Origin: a virus | Taxonomy: Duplodnaviria > Caudoviricetes | Direction: 5' to 3' (one strand) | IMG/VR virus record: IMGVR_UViG_3300025167_000028 | Location: 1 to 39,924 of that record | DNA length: 39,924 nucleotides | Shown: positions 14,476 through 24,298 of the stretch, piece after piece | Layout of the letters: every line of letters starts with the position of its first letter | Position numbering within the stretch: the stretch's first letter is position 1 | The notes under the pieces: generated by a model | The model's input: only the letters and a program-made list of their open reading frames with translations | The model's database searches: none | What the model was told of the DNA's origin: nothing | Position numbers and translations under genes: made by a program

Positions 14476-14706
14476 TTATTTTCCTAACCTTACCATGATA
14501 GCCGTTAGAGATTGCCCACTTACCGGGCAAGTTGTCGCTTCCAGATGTTCAATGTGTGGGCAGGCGTAAAACGCCTGGACATACTCGCCGTGGAAGGCCC
14601 GCCCAAGCTCACAAGGCGAGTCATCCAGATAAGCTGCATTGTGGCAATGGTCGCACGCCTGGAGATGTAGCTCCCAGATTTTTCGACAAGATTCGATATG
14701 CGTCAT
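14476..14706 (-). CDS. hypothetical Cys/His-rich protein
   Basis: 76 aa; start codon overlaps the IS target duplication. Confidence 0.55.
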   Translation of the reverse strand: MTHIESCRKIWELHLQACDHCHNAAYLDDSPCELGRAFHGEYVQAFYACPHIEHLEATTCPVSGQSLTAIMVRLGK

Positions 14707-14717
14707 TTGATTGGGAA

Positions 14718-14852
14718 TTATATAGATGACTCCCTCTGAGCTTTCTTCTTCCGGCGTGCGCGCTTCTTGGCCGGTTTGCTCTTGGGCTTCGGCCGATAGG
14801 ACAGAACCTTGTCCACGATTCGGTCAAGTACGGCGGGCGGCTTCTTGCTCAT
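14718..14852 (-). CDS. small basic ORF of the IS (44 aa)
   Basis: MSKKPPAVLDRIVDKVLSYRPKPK...; ATGA-coupled to the transposase; stop inside the TIR. Confidence 0.55.
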   Translation of the reverse strand: MSKKPPAVLDRIVDKVLSYRPKPKSKPAKKRARRKKKAQRESSI

Positions 14853-15769
14853 TGCGTCAGCGCCTTGTAGGTGATGCGCTTGCCAACGGTCGCACACACG
14901 AAACTATCGAGGCGTTCCAGCGTGTGCCGCTTCACGTTGCCGTCATTCAGCCGGAACGCAAACTCGTTGACGTATCGGCCCAAGTGCTTGCGGCTGGTGT
15001 GGTGGTAAACGCCGAGTACCCCGCGCTTCATGACCGCGAACACGCTCTCGATGCTGTTGGTCGTGACGTTGCCGCGCACGTATTCCCCACCGCTGTGGTT
15101 GATCGCTTCGTGGCGGAAGAACAGGCCATCAAGCCCACTGTAAGCCGTCGCCTCGTCGGTGTGCAGCGTCGAGCCAACCGCAACACGCGCATGAATTGCA
15201 CGGTGTACGGTGTCCAGGTTCACGTCGGCAATCGGCGTGGCAATCGTCTTGCCACCGCGCTCACGCATGCCGAGCACCGCAGCCTTACCGACTGCGCCGC
15301 GCCCGGCATTGAGTTTTTTTACGGTGTGCTTGTTCGCCTCCTTGCCGCCAAAATAGGTTTCGTCAATTTCAATGATGCCTTGCAGCTTGGCCAGATCATC
15401 GCCGCACGCCTCACGCAGGCGATGCAGGACGAACCACGCGGATTTTTGGGTGATGCCGATCTCCTTGGACAGTTGCAGCGAGGAAATGCCCTTACGGCTC
15501 GTTACAAGCAGGTACATGGCATAAACCCACTTTTGCAGCGGAACATGCGACCGCTCGAAAATAGTGCCGGTGCGAACGGTGAAATCCTCGCGGCAGGCAT
15601 TGCAACGGTAATAGCCATCCTTGCGATTCGTCACACGTTCGCCACTGGCGCAGATTGGGCATTTCACGCCGTTCGGCCAAAGGCGCGACTCCAAATAGAG
15701 CCGCGCCGATTCTTGGTCGGGGAACAGCTTGAAAAGCTGAAATGTGCTGATAGTCAGGCTGTCGTTCAT
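14849..15769 (-). CDS. IS1595-family transposase
   Basis: Zn ribbon CPIC/CNAC, HTH, EIDETYFGG, LHTDE, NSIESVF. Confidence 0.95.
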   Translation of the reverse strand: MNDSLTISTFQLFKLFPDQESARLYLESRLWPNGVKCPICASGERVTNRKDGYYRCNACREDFTVRTGTIFERSHVPLQKWVYAMYLLVTSRKGISSLQLSKEIGITQKSAWFVLHRLREACGDDLAKLQGIIEIDETYFGGKEANKHTVKKLNAGRGAVGKAAVLGMRERGGKTIATPIADVNLDTVHRAIHARVAVGSTLHTDEATAYSGLDGLFFRHEAINHSGGEYVRGNVTTNSIESVFAVMKRGVLGVYHHTSRKHLGRYVNEFAFRLNDGNVKRHTLERLDSFVCATVGKRITYKALTQ

Positions 15770-15772
15770 AAA

Positions 15773-16039
15773 TCAGTCCTGCGACACGAGGTCTTGCAAA
15801 TCGCAGAATCGTTGCGCCGCTGCGTCATCCTCAACAGACTCAGCGTGCCAGTAATTGCCGGGATTGCGCAGCGGTTGCTTAACTGCCGCGTCAAACAATT
15901 CTTCGGGCGAGAAATCACGCAGGTCATACCCGCTGTTCGCATCTTGGCCAAAGCCTTGTTCTTGCAGATAAATACCGGCATCGGCTTTAAACTCGAACAT
16001 TTCGCATTCGCCTTTCTTGCCTGTGATGATGAATTTCAT
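15773..16039 (-). CDS. IS passenger hypothetical protein
   Basis: 88 aa, AAGGAG RBS, inside the TIRs; upstream TTGACT-16 nt-TACAAT. Confidence 0.7.
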   Translation of the reverse strand: MKFIITGKKGECEMFEFKADAGIYLQEQGFGQDANSGYDLRDFSPEELFDAAVKQPLRNPGNYWHAESVEDDAAAQRFCDLQDLVSQD

Positions 16040-16166
16040 GATCTGAACTCCTTGGTTGATTTACCTAACCTACAATCAACATTGTACATAACTCCCTTGG
16101 GGAGTCAAGTACCTAACCAGACCAGCCGACGAACGGTAGGGAGTCATGTATATAAGTCCCATTTGA

Positions 16167-16466
16167 TTAGTCCTTAGCATTTTTAACGATTGATTCAGCC
16201 AGGATCGCGGCTTTAATCCACGCCGTGCTGTCAGTCTCAAAGCGCGCCATGCCGATCATTCCCTCAAGTGCCGCCAGTAGTTCATAATGCGAGTTACAGG
16301 CGCGGACGATAGCGCGGGCGTTGGCGTAGGTGTCCTCCCAATCCACCGCGCAGGAATCGTTCGGGGTTGCTGCGGTTGCCACGAGGATCCCAGCACTGTT
16401 GGTAATGTACTGGGTCCCAGTCTCGTTTTTCCACGGCCAAGGGGTATGTGTAATTTTCATGATCAT
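16167..16466 (-). CDS. phage hypothetical protein
   Basis: HTPWPW...ANARAIVRACN..ELLAALE motif common in phage accessory genes; GGAGG RBS. Confidence 0.75.
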   Translation of the reverse strand: MIMKITHTPWPWKNETGTQYITNSAGILVATAATPNDSCAVDWEDTYANARAIVRACNSHYELLAALEGMIGMARFETDSTAWIKAAILAESIVKNAKD

Positions 16467-16559
16467 CCTCCACGTTGGAATAAGTGCCCCTCTATCGCCG
16501 GCATAACCGGGGGGGCGCGGTTGCTTGGAGACCGGTTGTCCGGTCTGCCGGGCCGGTGG

Positions 16560-16853
16560 CTAGCAAATCCCAGCCGATAGAGACTTTCCTGGCCTTTCCG
16601 TGGGCATGTCAAAAAACCTGTTGAGCAGTCCGGCGCGGATAGGGACTGAATCATCACTGGGAATGCGCGCAGTGCCGAAGGCATAAAAGTGTGCCTTCGG
16701 ATCAATTTCGCATGCTTTCTTGCGCACCGCGTCCACCATATCCAGCGCCGCTTGATGGTTATTAGTGAATGGTCCTAAGAGCCGGTTCCACCTGTCGCCG
16801 TCAATGACAGTGACATAGTATTCGCCTGGCCTGCTATCCGCTGTCTGTGTCAT
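16560..16853 (-). CDS. hypothetical protein
   Basis: Start MTQTADS with RBS; 97 aa. Confidence 0.65.
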   Translation of the reverse strand: MTQTADSRPGEYYVTVIDGDRWNRLLGPFTNNHQAALDMVDAVRKKACEIDPKAHFYAFGTARIPSDDSVPIRAGLLNRFFDMPTERPGKSLSAGIC

Positions 16854-17120
16854 TTTCCTAACCCTCCAAGGTTTACCGGGATCCGCCCGGCATCTACATA
16901 GGGTAGTGTAAGCCGTTTTACTGTTCAAGCTTCGCATCAACCGCTCGTCAGCCCATCGTAGCCATCCGTCAGTCCAAACCGACCGCTTGTAAAGCCCTAC
17001 AGCGTCTGTAAAATGGCAGGGACAGGCAACGCTAGCGGGTATGGCAGAGATAACGCCCCAGCCGGCAAGGCAGGCGGTATAATCCAACCGATAAACGGTA
17101 TATGAGGGAATGTTAATATC

Positions 17121-17615
17121 ATGAGCGCGCAGGCATTGAGGAAATATATTCCTGGCCGGTCCACTCCCGGAAAACTCGCAGGAATAGACCCCGAGCGCCT
17201 CCTAGACCGCATTGCCAATGGTGATTACCCCGCTAATATTGCGCGTGAGCTGGACGTTTCACGCCCCGCGTTGCATTACAAGATTAGCGGCCACCCTGAA
17301 TATCAATTATGCCGCGAGATAGGCATGGAGATCCGACTGGATGATGGGTTGGAGAAAGTGCACTCCGCGCCGGACCTTAACATTGCCCGCATGGAAGAGG
17401 TCAAACTCCGCCGCCTGGAATGGCGCGCAGAGCGCGAATTCCCGCACCGATGGGGCGTAAAACAGATGATCGCCGTAGTCCCGATTGCACTTGATCAGGT
17501 GATGACAGCTCGTGCTGCCGAGCTGCTTGCAATCATCGAGGGTGGGATAATCGCCGACGACAGCGAGATAATCGCCAGCGCTGACGTACATGCCGTGCAG
17601 GTACAGGGTACGTAA
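17121..17615 (+). CDS. terS: terminase small subunit
   Basis: N-terminal HTH (RIANG..IARELDVSR), LEWRAEREFPHRWG motif, upstream of TerL. Confidence 0.75.
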   Translation: MSAQALRKYIPGRSTPGKLAGIDPERLLDRIANGDYPANIARELDVSRPALHYKISGHPEYQLCREIGMEIRLDDGLEKVHSAPDLNIARMEEVKLRRLEWRAEREFPHRWGVKQMIAVVPIALDQVMTARAAELLAIIEGGIIADDSEIIASADVHAVQVQGT

Positions 17616-17852
17616 CCGCGAGCGCATGGCCAGCAAGCGCAAGGCCCCCTCCGATCCACATAGCTAGGCTAGGTCAGTAGCTGGCGGGGGCGGGGTAGGG
17701 GTGAAATGGCAGAAAGCGTAGGGGTGTGTTTAGGGGTCCCCACACCCCCACACTCCCGCTATCCTCACACTCCCGCTATTCCCTCTACACCCCCACATTC
17801 CCTTTCTATTTTTTGGCGCGTAAAATTTTTTGATCAACTATTGGAGAGATTC

Positions 17853-18050
17853 ATGGCTATACCTGGAGAACAAGAACATCTTGAGTATCTCGATTACGTC
17901 GAGAGACATGCAATGGGCGAGTTTGCCGGAAAGCTCATGACCAAGCCGGAATGGAGAGAGTGGAGAAAAACGCAAGCCCCTCCGAAACCAGCCCCGACTC
18001 CTCCAATTCCTCCCGGGGACCCCAGAACAGTGGGCGAAATGATTCAGTAG
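17853..18050 (+). CDS. hypothetical protein
   Basis: GGAG RBS, MAIPGEQEH..., 65 aa. Confidence 0.55.
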   Translation: MAIPGEQEHLEYLDYVERHAMGEFAGKLMTKPEWREWRKTQAPPKPAPTPPIPPGDPRTVGEMIQ

Positions 18051-18060
18051 CAAGGCTTTT

Positions 18061-20079
18061 ATGGAATTGACGGCTCGCTTGCGTTCTCTTTCGATGGGGA
18101 AAGTGATTTCCTACTGGGACCTTGTGGAGGAGGAAGGAAGAAAGACGAATAAACTACCGCAAGCGGTAAGGTTCTTGTGTCTGTCGGATTTGTTTTATCT
18201 GCTGGTTCGGGTTTGTGGCCGGAAGGATATGTTGAATGACTTCGCTTTTAGCCGGGTCAGGGAGATTGAGAAGGGGCCGGATGGTTATTTGGATCTTTGG
18301 TCCCGGGAGCATTATAAGGACCTAGCTGATTACACGCCAATGCTTACGGCAAATCGCGGTTGGACAACGCACGGCGAATTGAAGATTGGTGACCGGGTTT
18401 TCGCTCCGAGCGGCAAGGACGTTCCGGTCATTGCGCTTTCGGACAGATACACGACATCGGAATGTTACGAAATTACGTTCAGCGACGGTGCCAGGATCGT
18501 GGCCGGGGCGGGGCACCTGTGGAGATTGCGCCGCAAGATCAGGCGCCGCGTTGCAAACAACGATTTGGTTGAATTCGAGGAATACATTGCGAGCACCGCC
18601 GATATGATTGCAATCGGTGGAAGGCTGGACGTTGGGACAAGCGCCCCACTGGAGTTTGCCAGGGCGAATCTTTCCATTGATCCGTATTTACTCGATCGTG
18701 TGGTGCAGAAGATCGAGCGAGTACCTTCTGTGCCAACTCGCTGCATCCAAGTGGTTGGTGGGATGTACGTCGCCGGCCGTGAATTGGTCCCGACGCATAA
18801 CAGCTCGATAATCACGTTTGGGCTGACCATTCAAGATATTCTGAAAGACCCTGAAATCACTTTCGGGATTTTCAGTCATACTCGGCCCATAGCCAAGGCT
18901 TTTCTCAGACAGATCATGCGCGAACTGGAGACCAATAGGGTTTTGCAGGGAGCTTTCCCGGATATTCTGTGGGGGGAGAATTTGAAGGAATCTCCGAAGT
19001 GGGCGGAAGACGATGGAATCATCGTCAGGAGGAAATCCAATCCGAACGAGGCGACGGTCGAGGCCTGGGGGTTGGTCGACGGACAGCCGGTATCCAAACA
19101 TTTCAAGGTGTTGCTGTATGACGACATCGTGGTGCAGGCGTCGGTCAGCACTCCGGAGATGATCTCCAAAACCATGTCTCGCCTGGAGGAGTCGTATTCG
19201 CTTGGAACGGCTACCGGAAAAAGAAGATTCGCCGGCACCCGCTGGCACTTCAACGACGCCTACGGGACCATTGCGGAACGAAAAACCGCCGTTGTGCGGG
19301 AGCATCCCGGACGTATCGGGGGGACGGAAGACGGCGAATCGGTGTTCTGGACGGAAGATGTACACCGTCGGAAAAGACGGGACATGGGACCATATGTATA
19401 TAGCGCGCAGGTTCTTCTACGACCGAAGGCCGACGCCTTGCAGGGGTTCAAGCGGGAATGGTTGAGAACTTATCAAACGATCAAGATGGAGGAATTGAAT
19501 TGGTATCTTCTTTTCGACGCCGCCAATTCAAAGAAACGATCTAGTGATTACACGGCGGGTTGGGCCGTCGGGCTGGGACGGGATGAAAATTATTATTGTA
19601 TCCCCATCGTCCGGGACCGATTGAATCTCAAGGAACGCGGCGACAGGGTTTTCGAGGCCCACAGAAAATACAAACCGAAACAGGTGCGTTATGAAAAATA
19701 TGGCATGATGGCGGACATAGAACATCTTCATTCACGCATGGAGTATGAAAACTATCGCTTTGGAATCACGGAAGTCGGCGGCCAGACATCCAAATCGGAT
19801 CGCATCAAGCGCCTGATCCCGCTATTCGTGGCCGGGAGAATCTGGCTGCCGGAATCCATGTATGTCACCAATTGGGAGCGCACTCCGATTGATCTGGTGC
19901 GATCCTTCATCGAGGAGGAATACATGGCGTTTCCGGTGGGGATGCACGAAGACGGGCTGGATTCGCTGTCTCGCATCTGCGAACCCGACCTGACCCTGAT
20001 CTGGCCGATGGAAAAAAAGAAAGAAACAGGCAGACAATCTCCCAGTTACAACAATCAACACGTCGGTTGGATGGGATAA
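18061..20079 (+). CDS. terL: terminase large subunit with intein
   Basis: Walker A variant SREHYK|SS, Walker B LLYDD, GTRW, nuclease FDAA...HEDGLD. Confidence 0.92.
   Translation: MELTARLRSLSMGKVISYWDLVEEEGRKTNKLPQAVRFLCLSDLFYLLVRVCGRKDMLNDFAFSRVREIEKGPDGYLDLWSREHYKDLADYTPMLTANRGWTTHGELKIGDRVFAPSGKDVPVIALSDRYTTSECYEITFSDGARIVAGAGHLWRLRRKIRRRVANNDLVEFEEYIASTADMIAIGGRLDVGTSAPLEFARANLSIDPYLLDRVVQKIERVPSVPTRCIQVVGGMYVAGRELVPTHNSSIITFGLTIQDILKDPEITFGIFSHTRPIAKAFLRQIMRELETNRVLQGAFPDILWGENLKESPKWAEDDGIIVRRKSNPNEATVEAWGLVDGQPVSKHFKVLLYDDIVVQASVSTPEMISKTMSRLEESYSLGTATGKRRFAGTRWHFNDAYGTIAERKTAVVREHPGRIGGTEDGESVFWTEDVHRRKRRDMGPYVYSAQVLLRPKADALQGFKREWLRTYQTIKMEELNWYLLFDAANSKKRSSDYTAGWAVGLGRDENYYCIPIVRDRLNLKERGDRVFEAHRKYKPKQVRYEKYGMMADIEHLHSRMEYENYRFGITEVGGQTSKSDRIKRLIPLFVAGRIWLPESMYVTNWERTPIDLVRSFIEEEYMAFPVGMHEDGLDSLSRICEPDLTLIWPMEKKKETGRQSPSYNNQHVGWMG
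18319..18801 (+). mobile_element. class 3 mini-intein (161 aa)
   Basis: Block A DLADYTPMLT, block B GHLW, block F TRCIQV, block G VPTHN followed by Ser. Confidence 0.88.
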
Positions 20080-22349
20080 TGGAAGAAGAAGATTTCCTGA
20101 AACTTGTTCGTGACCGATACAGCCGTTGTGTCGAGGCCGACAGGGAGAATCACGCGCGGGCGCGGGAGGCTCTCGATTTCCGCGATCTCAAGCAATGGGA
20201 TGAACAGGTTAGAGCGGAGCGCGAAAACGACCCGGAGGGGAAAAGACCGTGCCTTGTCGTTGATAAGCTCAATCAACACATCATGCAGGTTGTCAACGAC
20301 GGACGGCAAAATCGTCCACAGATCAAGGTCAGACCCGTTGACGATGGCGGGGACATCGAGGTCGCCAGAATTTACGACGGAATATTGAGACACATCCAGG
20401 ACAGGTCGAGGGCGGATGTTGCTTATGACACGGCCTTTGAATGCGCGGTGGACGGCGGTTTCGGGTTTTGGAGAATCCTGACGGAGTACAGCGATCCGAA
20501 ATCCTTTGATCAGGAAATCAAGATCAAGCGAATAAGAAACAGGTTTTCCACCTATTTGTCTCCGGAAAGACAGGAGCCGGACGGCTCTGACGCGGAATAC
20601 GGTTTCATTCTTTACAAAGTCCCGAAGAAAGACTTCGAGGTTGAATTCGGCGTGAAAGGCAAGGACGCCCTTCAGGGATTCGAGACCGAGGGAAAAGAAT
20701 TCACCGAATGGTATGGCGGTGACTGGGTTATCTACGCGGAATATTTCTGGAAAGAACGAACGAAAATAAAGATCGTTCTTCTGGAAGACGGGTCAATAGG
20801 GGAAGAACACGAATTTCCCGGAGCCCCCATCAAGGCTGAACGTGAAAGCGAGAAGATAAAAATTCGCTGGAGAAAGCTGACCGCCACGAAAATCCTCGAA
20901 GATGGGGAATGGATAGGAGACTCCATTCCCATCTATGAGGTCATCGGTAACGAACTGGATGTCGAAGGCAAAATCTTGCGTTCCGGCCTTATCCGGCCGG
21001 CGATGGACGCGCAACGGGCAGATAATTACGCGGTTTCGGCCTTCATTGAAAACGTCGCCTTAGCTCCGAGGGCGTCCTATGTCGCCGCCGTCGGGCAGGT
21101 GGAGGATAACGCCGATTTATGGAAGTCCGCGAATCGAAGAAACATCTCGGTTCTTCCGTATAAGCCCGTCTCCGTGGACGGCGTTCTGGTCGGCGCGCCA
21201 CGGCGTGAAGCACCTCCCGGAGTCAGTACCGGATGGCTGTCCGTTATGGAGCAGTCGGAACACAATATCCAGGCTTCGATGGGGCGCTATAACGCGACTC
21301 TTGGGGCGCCGTCGAATGAGACTTCCGGCAAGGCCATTCAGGCTAGAAACCGCGAGGGGGATACCGGAAGTTTCCATTTTTCGGATAATTTTGCGAGAAC
21401 CCTCCGGAGAACCGGGCAGGACATCGTTGACATCATTCCGAAGATTTACGATACCAAGAAAATCGCCCGCATCATCGGCGAGGACGGTGAATTGAGCAAC
21501 GCCATGATTGATTCGAGTCTCGCGGACGAAAACGGGAATCCAGTCCCTTCCGCTGAAAAATCCATCAACGGAAAGATTCAAAAAATCTATAATCTCGGAG
21601 TCGGAAAATATGACGTGACGATAGTCGCCGGTCCCTCCTACACGACCCGAAGACTCGAATCCGCCGATGCCATGATGGAGATTTCTCGTGGGAACAAGGA
21701 ATTCATGTCGCAATTCGGAGATATTATCTTCAAGGCTCAGGATTGGCCGGGCGCGGAGAAGATTTCCGAGCGATTCAAAAAAATGCTTCCTCCGGAATTG
21801 AAAGACGAAGAACCGAATAATCTGGAAAAACAAAAAGGGCAAATTCAGCAGGCGACTCAAATGCTGGGACAAAAAGAGGCGGAAATAAACAACGCTATGC
21901 AACAGATTCAAGAACAGTCCCAAATGATCGCGGGGCAAGAACAACAGTCTCGGGAAGCGGAGCAAAAAGCAAAAGACGCGATGTCCAGGGTCCAGCAAGA
22001 GGTTGAGAAATTGAATACGATCATGGCTTCAATCGAAAATGAAAAATCCCTGTTCGCGCTGCAAAAGAAACTTGCGGAAAAAGAATTCGAAATCAAATCC
22101 GCCACGCTGGAATCCGAAAAAGAAATCGCGGCTGCGGAAGCCAATTTACTGAAGGCGCAACTGGACGCCAAACTGAAGGAAATAAACGATCTTCAAAAAG
22201 AATCGCTGGAAAACACGCAGTCCGCTGAAACCATCCAAAAAGCAGTTCTGGAAGCCCTGGATAGAGTAGCTCAGGTCGTGACGGCCCCCCGCCGGCTGAT
22301 TTATGACGAGGCCGGTAATCCGGTGGCTTCCGAGTCCACGTTGAACTGA
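20079..22349 (+). CDS. P22-like portal protein
   Basis: RPCLVVDKL, GGFGFWRI, SNETSGKAIQAR, GKYDVTI..GPSYTTRR; long C-terminal coiled coil. Confidence 0.92.
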   Translation: MEEEDFLKLVRDRYSRCVEADRENHARAREALDFRDLKQWDEQVRAERENDPEGKRPCLVVDKLNQHIMQVVNDGRQNRPQIKVRPVDDGGDIEVARIYDGILRHIQDRSRADVAYDTAFECAVDGGFGFWRILTEYSDPKSFDQEIKIKRIRNRFSTYLSPERQEPDGSDAEYGFILYKVPKKDFEVEFGVKGKDALQGFETEGKEFTEWYGGDWVIYAEYFWKERTKIKIVLLEDGSIGEEHEFPGAPIKAERESEKIKIRWRKLTATKILEDGEWIGDSIPIYEVIGNELDVEGKILRSGLIRPAMDAQRADNYAVSAFIENVALAPRASYVAAVGQVEDNADLWKSANRRNISVLPYKPVSVDGVLVGAPRREAPPGVSTGWLSVMEQSEHNIQASMGRYNATLGAPSNETSGKAIQARNREGDTGSFHFSDNFARTLRRTGQDIVDIIPKIYDTKKIARIIGEDGELSNAMIDSSLADENGNPVPSAEKSINGKIQKIYNLGVGKYDVTIVAGPSYTTRRLESADAMMEISRGNKEFMSQFGDIIFKAQDWPGAEKISERFKKMLPPELKDEEPNNLEKQKGQIQQATQMLGQKEAEINNAMQQIQEQSQMIAGQEQQSREAEQKAKDAMSRVQQEVEKLNTIMASIENEKSLFALQKKLAEKEFEIKSATLESEKEIAAAEANLLKAQLDAKLKEINDLQKESLENTQSAETIQKAVLEALDRVAQVVTAPRRLIYDEAGNPVASESTLN

Positions 22350-22350
22350 A

Positions 22351-22812
22351 ATGGCCGCCGGCGACATCACGTTTTATAATAAATGGAAAAAAGCCCAGTG
22401 GGACGCCGGGCTTACTTCCACGCCGGTTGATCTCGATACCGATACAGTCTCGGTTGCGGTGATGAACGATACATTTTCACCGGATACCGGAGATTCATCC
22501 GCCCAAGTCTACTGGGGGGACATCTCGGCCAATCAGGTTGCGACCGGAGCGGCTTATACCGGACCAATCGCCCTTGCCACGAAAACCGTGACGTTATCCA
22601 GCGGGGTAGCTGTATTCGATGCAGATAACATCGTCATCGCCCAAGACGCCACCGGGTTTACGAACGGAAGGCGGCTCGTGATATTCAAAAACACAGGCAC
22701 TCCTTCGACTTCGCCGTTATTGGCGGTTGGCGATTTGGGAGCGAATAAGTCTATAGTCTCCGGTTCGCTGACATTCTCCTGGGCCGCAACCGGTATCTTT
22801 AGGAAAACATAA
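22351..22812 (+). CDS. putative virion structural protein
   Basis: Beta-rich, DLDTDTV motif, tightly coupled to the portal gene. Confidence 0.6.
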   Translation: MAAGDITFYNKWKKAQWDAGLTSTPVDLDTDTVSVAVMNDTFSPDTGDSSAQVYWGDISANQVATGAAYTGPIALATKTVTLSSGVAVFDADNIVIAQDATGFTNGRRLVIFKNTGTPSTSPLLAVGDLGANKSIVSGSLTFSWAATGIFRKT

Positions 22813-24039
22813 ATGACTGATACTCTAACAAAAACTCTGTGGGACGCCGGCGCGGTGGTAGCCTCCGACGACATTGGAGGTATTCACTATCCAAGGGTAA
22901 AGCTGACTTCTGGCGCGGATGGCGCGGCTAACGATGCATCGCCGGTCAATGCTATTCCCGTGGCTTTCTTCCGCGACGCCGCTACTCATTCCGACCTGAC
23001 TACTACTCCGCTCGCGGGAAGCGGATCGTATACCACAGCCTCGTTTGATTCGTTCAGTAAAGGTGCTTTTGTAACTCATCATATTTTTGCGGATCAGAAT
23101 GGCACTCATTATTTCGAGGAATCCGTTAATGATGTGAATTGGAATATTCTGGACGCCGACTCAGTAATAGCAAACGATCCGTTCGATGAACACCATATTG
23201 TCGGTGCGCGGTATTCAAGAATCAGATACGTAAACGGCGCTGTCGCGCAGACGGTATTCCGGCACCAAAATATCAGTCGCGTCGTAGGCGCGCCACACAA
23301 TGTAGGCATTTCTCCAGCCGATAACGTAATTGCCGGAGACTATACAAACAACGGAAGTGCTCCCGGCGCAGACGCCCAGCTTGTCTTGTCAGCAATCGCC
23401 AACGCGGCCGCACCAAGCTACACAGAAGGTAATGTAGTTCTCCCGAGAGTCACCCTGTCGGGAGACACCGCCGTTACGCTCGACGGCGAATCCGTAGTTG
23501 TTACGGCCACAAATCTCGATGTCAGGGATTTAACCTCGGCGTCCGATTCCGTGGCGGCAGTCTCGGCGGGAGACATTGCTCACGATGCGGCGGACTCCGG
23601 CAATCCGGTAAGCATGGGTGGCATCGCCAGATCGGCGCTTACCTCGGTTGCCGCACTTGACCGCGTCAAGTCTGTTTTCGATCTTCAAGGCCGTCAGATT
23701 GTCAGAGCCAATGCCCCGCGCGGTTTAAGAGTCACGAATACCATCACGCTGACTTCAACCACGGAAACAACACTACTTGCGGCGGCAGCTTCGACTTTCC
23801 ATGACCTCACCAAACTTTGGATTAGCAATACATCGGCAACGGCTGTGCGCGTGGATTTTCGAGATACAACAGCCGGTGCAGTAAGATTTTCATGGTATGT
23901 CCCGGCCGGACAGCCAGTGGGGTTCACGGATTCTAACGACCCAATAGAGCAAGCGTCGGTGAATACCAACTGGACGGCGCAACTGTCGGCGGCGGTGACT
24001 GACGTAAGAATTTTCGCGGCTGCTGTAAAAAATATTTGA
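22813..24039 (+). CDS. putative virion fibre/decoration protein
   Basis: 408 aa, Ala/Thr/Ser/Gly-rich. Confidence 0.6.
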   Translation: MTDTLTKTLWDAGAVVASDDIGGIHYPRVKLTSGADGAANDASPVNAIPVAFFRDAATHSDLTTTPLAGSGSYTTASFDSFSKGAFVTHHIFADQNGTHYFEESVNDVNWNILDADSVIANDPFDEHHIVGARYSRIRYVNGAVAQTVFRHQNISRVVGAPHNVGISPADNVIAGDYTNNGSAPGADAQLVLSAIANAAAPSYTEGNVVLPRVTLSGDTAVTLDGESVVVTATNLDVRDLTSASDSVAAVSAGDIAHDAADSGNPVSMGGIARSALTSVAALDRVKSVFDLQGRQIVRANAPRGLRVTNTITLTSTTETTLLAAAASTFHDLTKLWISNTSATAVRVDFRDTTAGAVRFSWYVPAGQPVGFTDSNDPIEQASVNTNWTAQLSAAVTDVRIFAAAVKNI

Positions 24040-24049
24040 GGAATAGCGA

Positions 24050-24298
24050 ATGAAACTACAACTGATTGGAACGACCCTCCTGAAAAAGAAAGGAGTGCCT
24101 TTATATAGGATGGCAAAATATCTTTTCCTGAACGCAGATCATGTGGAGCCGATGGAGTTCAGTCATCCACCGGAAATGACCGAAGAGGAGATTATTAAAG
24201 ATATTCCGCAGATGCTAGCTAAGATCATAGAGCATCATGCGAATTTGATTGCCGATGGTTATAAATGGCACGTCTACGAACAGAAATGGCATAAGTAA
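24050..24298 (+). CDS. hypothetical protein
   Basis: 82 aa, GAGG RBS, coupled. Confidence 0.6.
   Translation: MKLQLIGTTLLKKKGVPLYRMAKYLFLNADHVEPMEFSHPPEMTEEEIIKDIPQMLAKIIEHHANLIADGYKWHVYEQKWHK

Larger units (their letters stand above)
14713..16160 (-). mobile_element. IS1595-family insertion sequence with passenger genes (1448 bp)
   Basis: 22-bp TIRs GGGAATTATATAGATGACTCCC / GGGAGTCATGTATATAAGTCCC (2 mismatches); 8-bp TSD ATTTGATT at 14705-14712 and 16161-16168. Confidence 0.95.

Noticed and set aside
14482-14510. TCCTAAC...GTTAGAG pair
   Set aside because: Too short for an attC, with no L boxes
14726-16177. 483-aa plus-strand ORF
   Set aside because: Antisense shadow of the IS1595 transposase, with no motifs of its own
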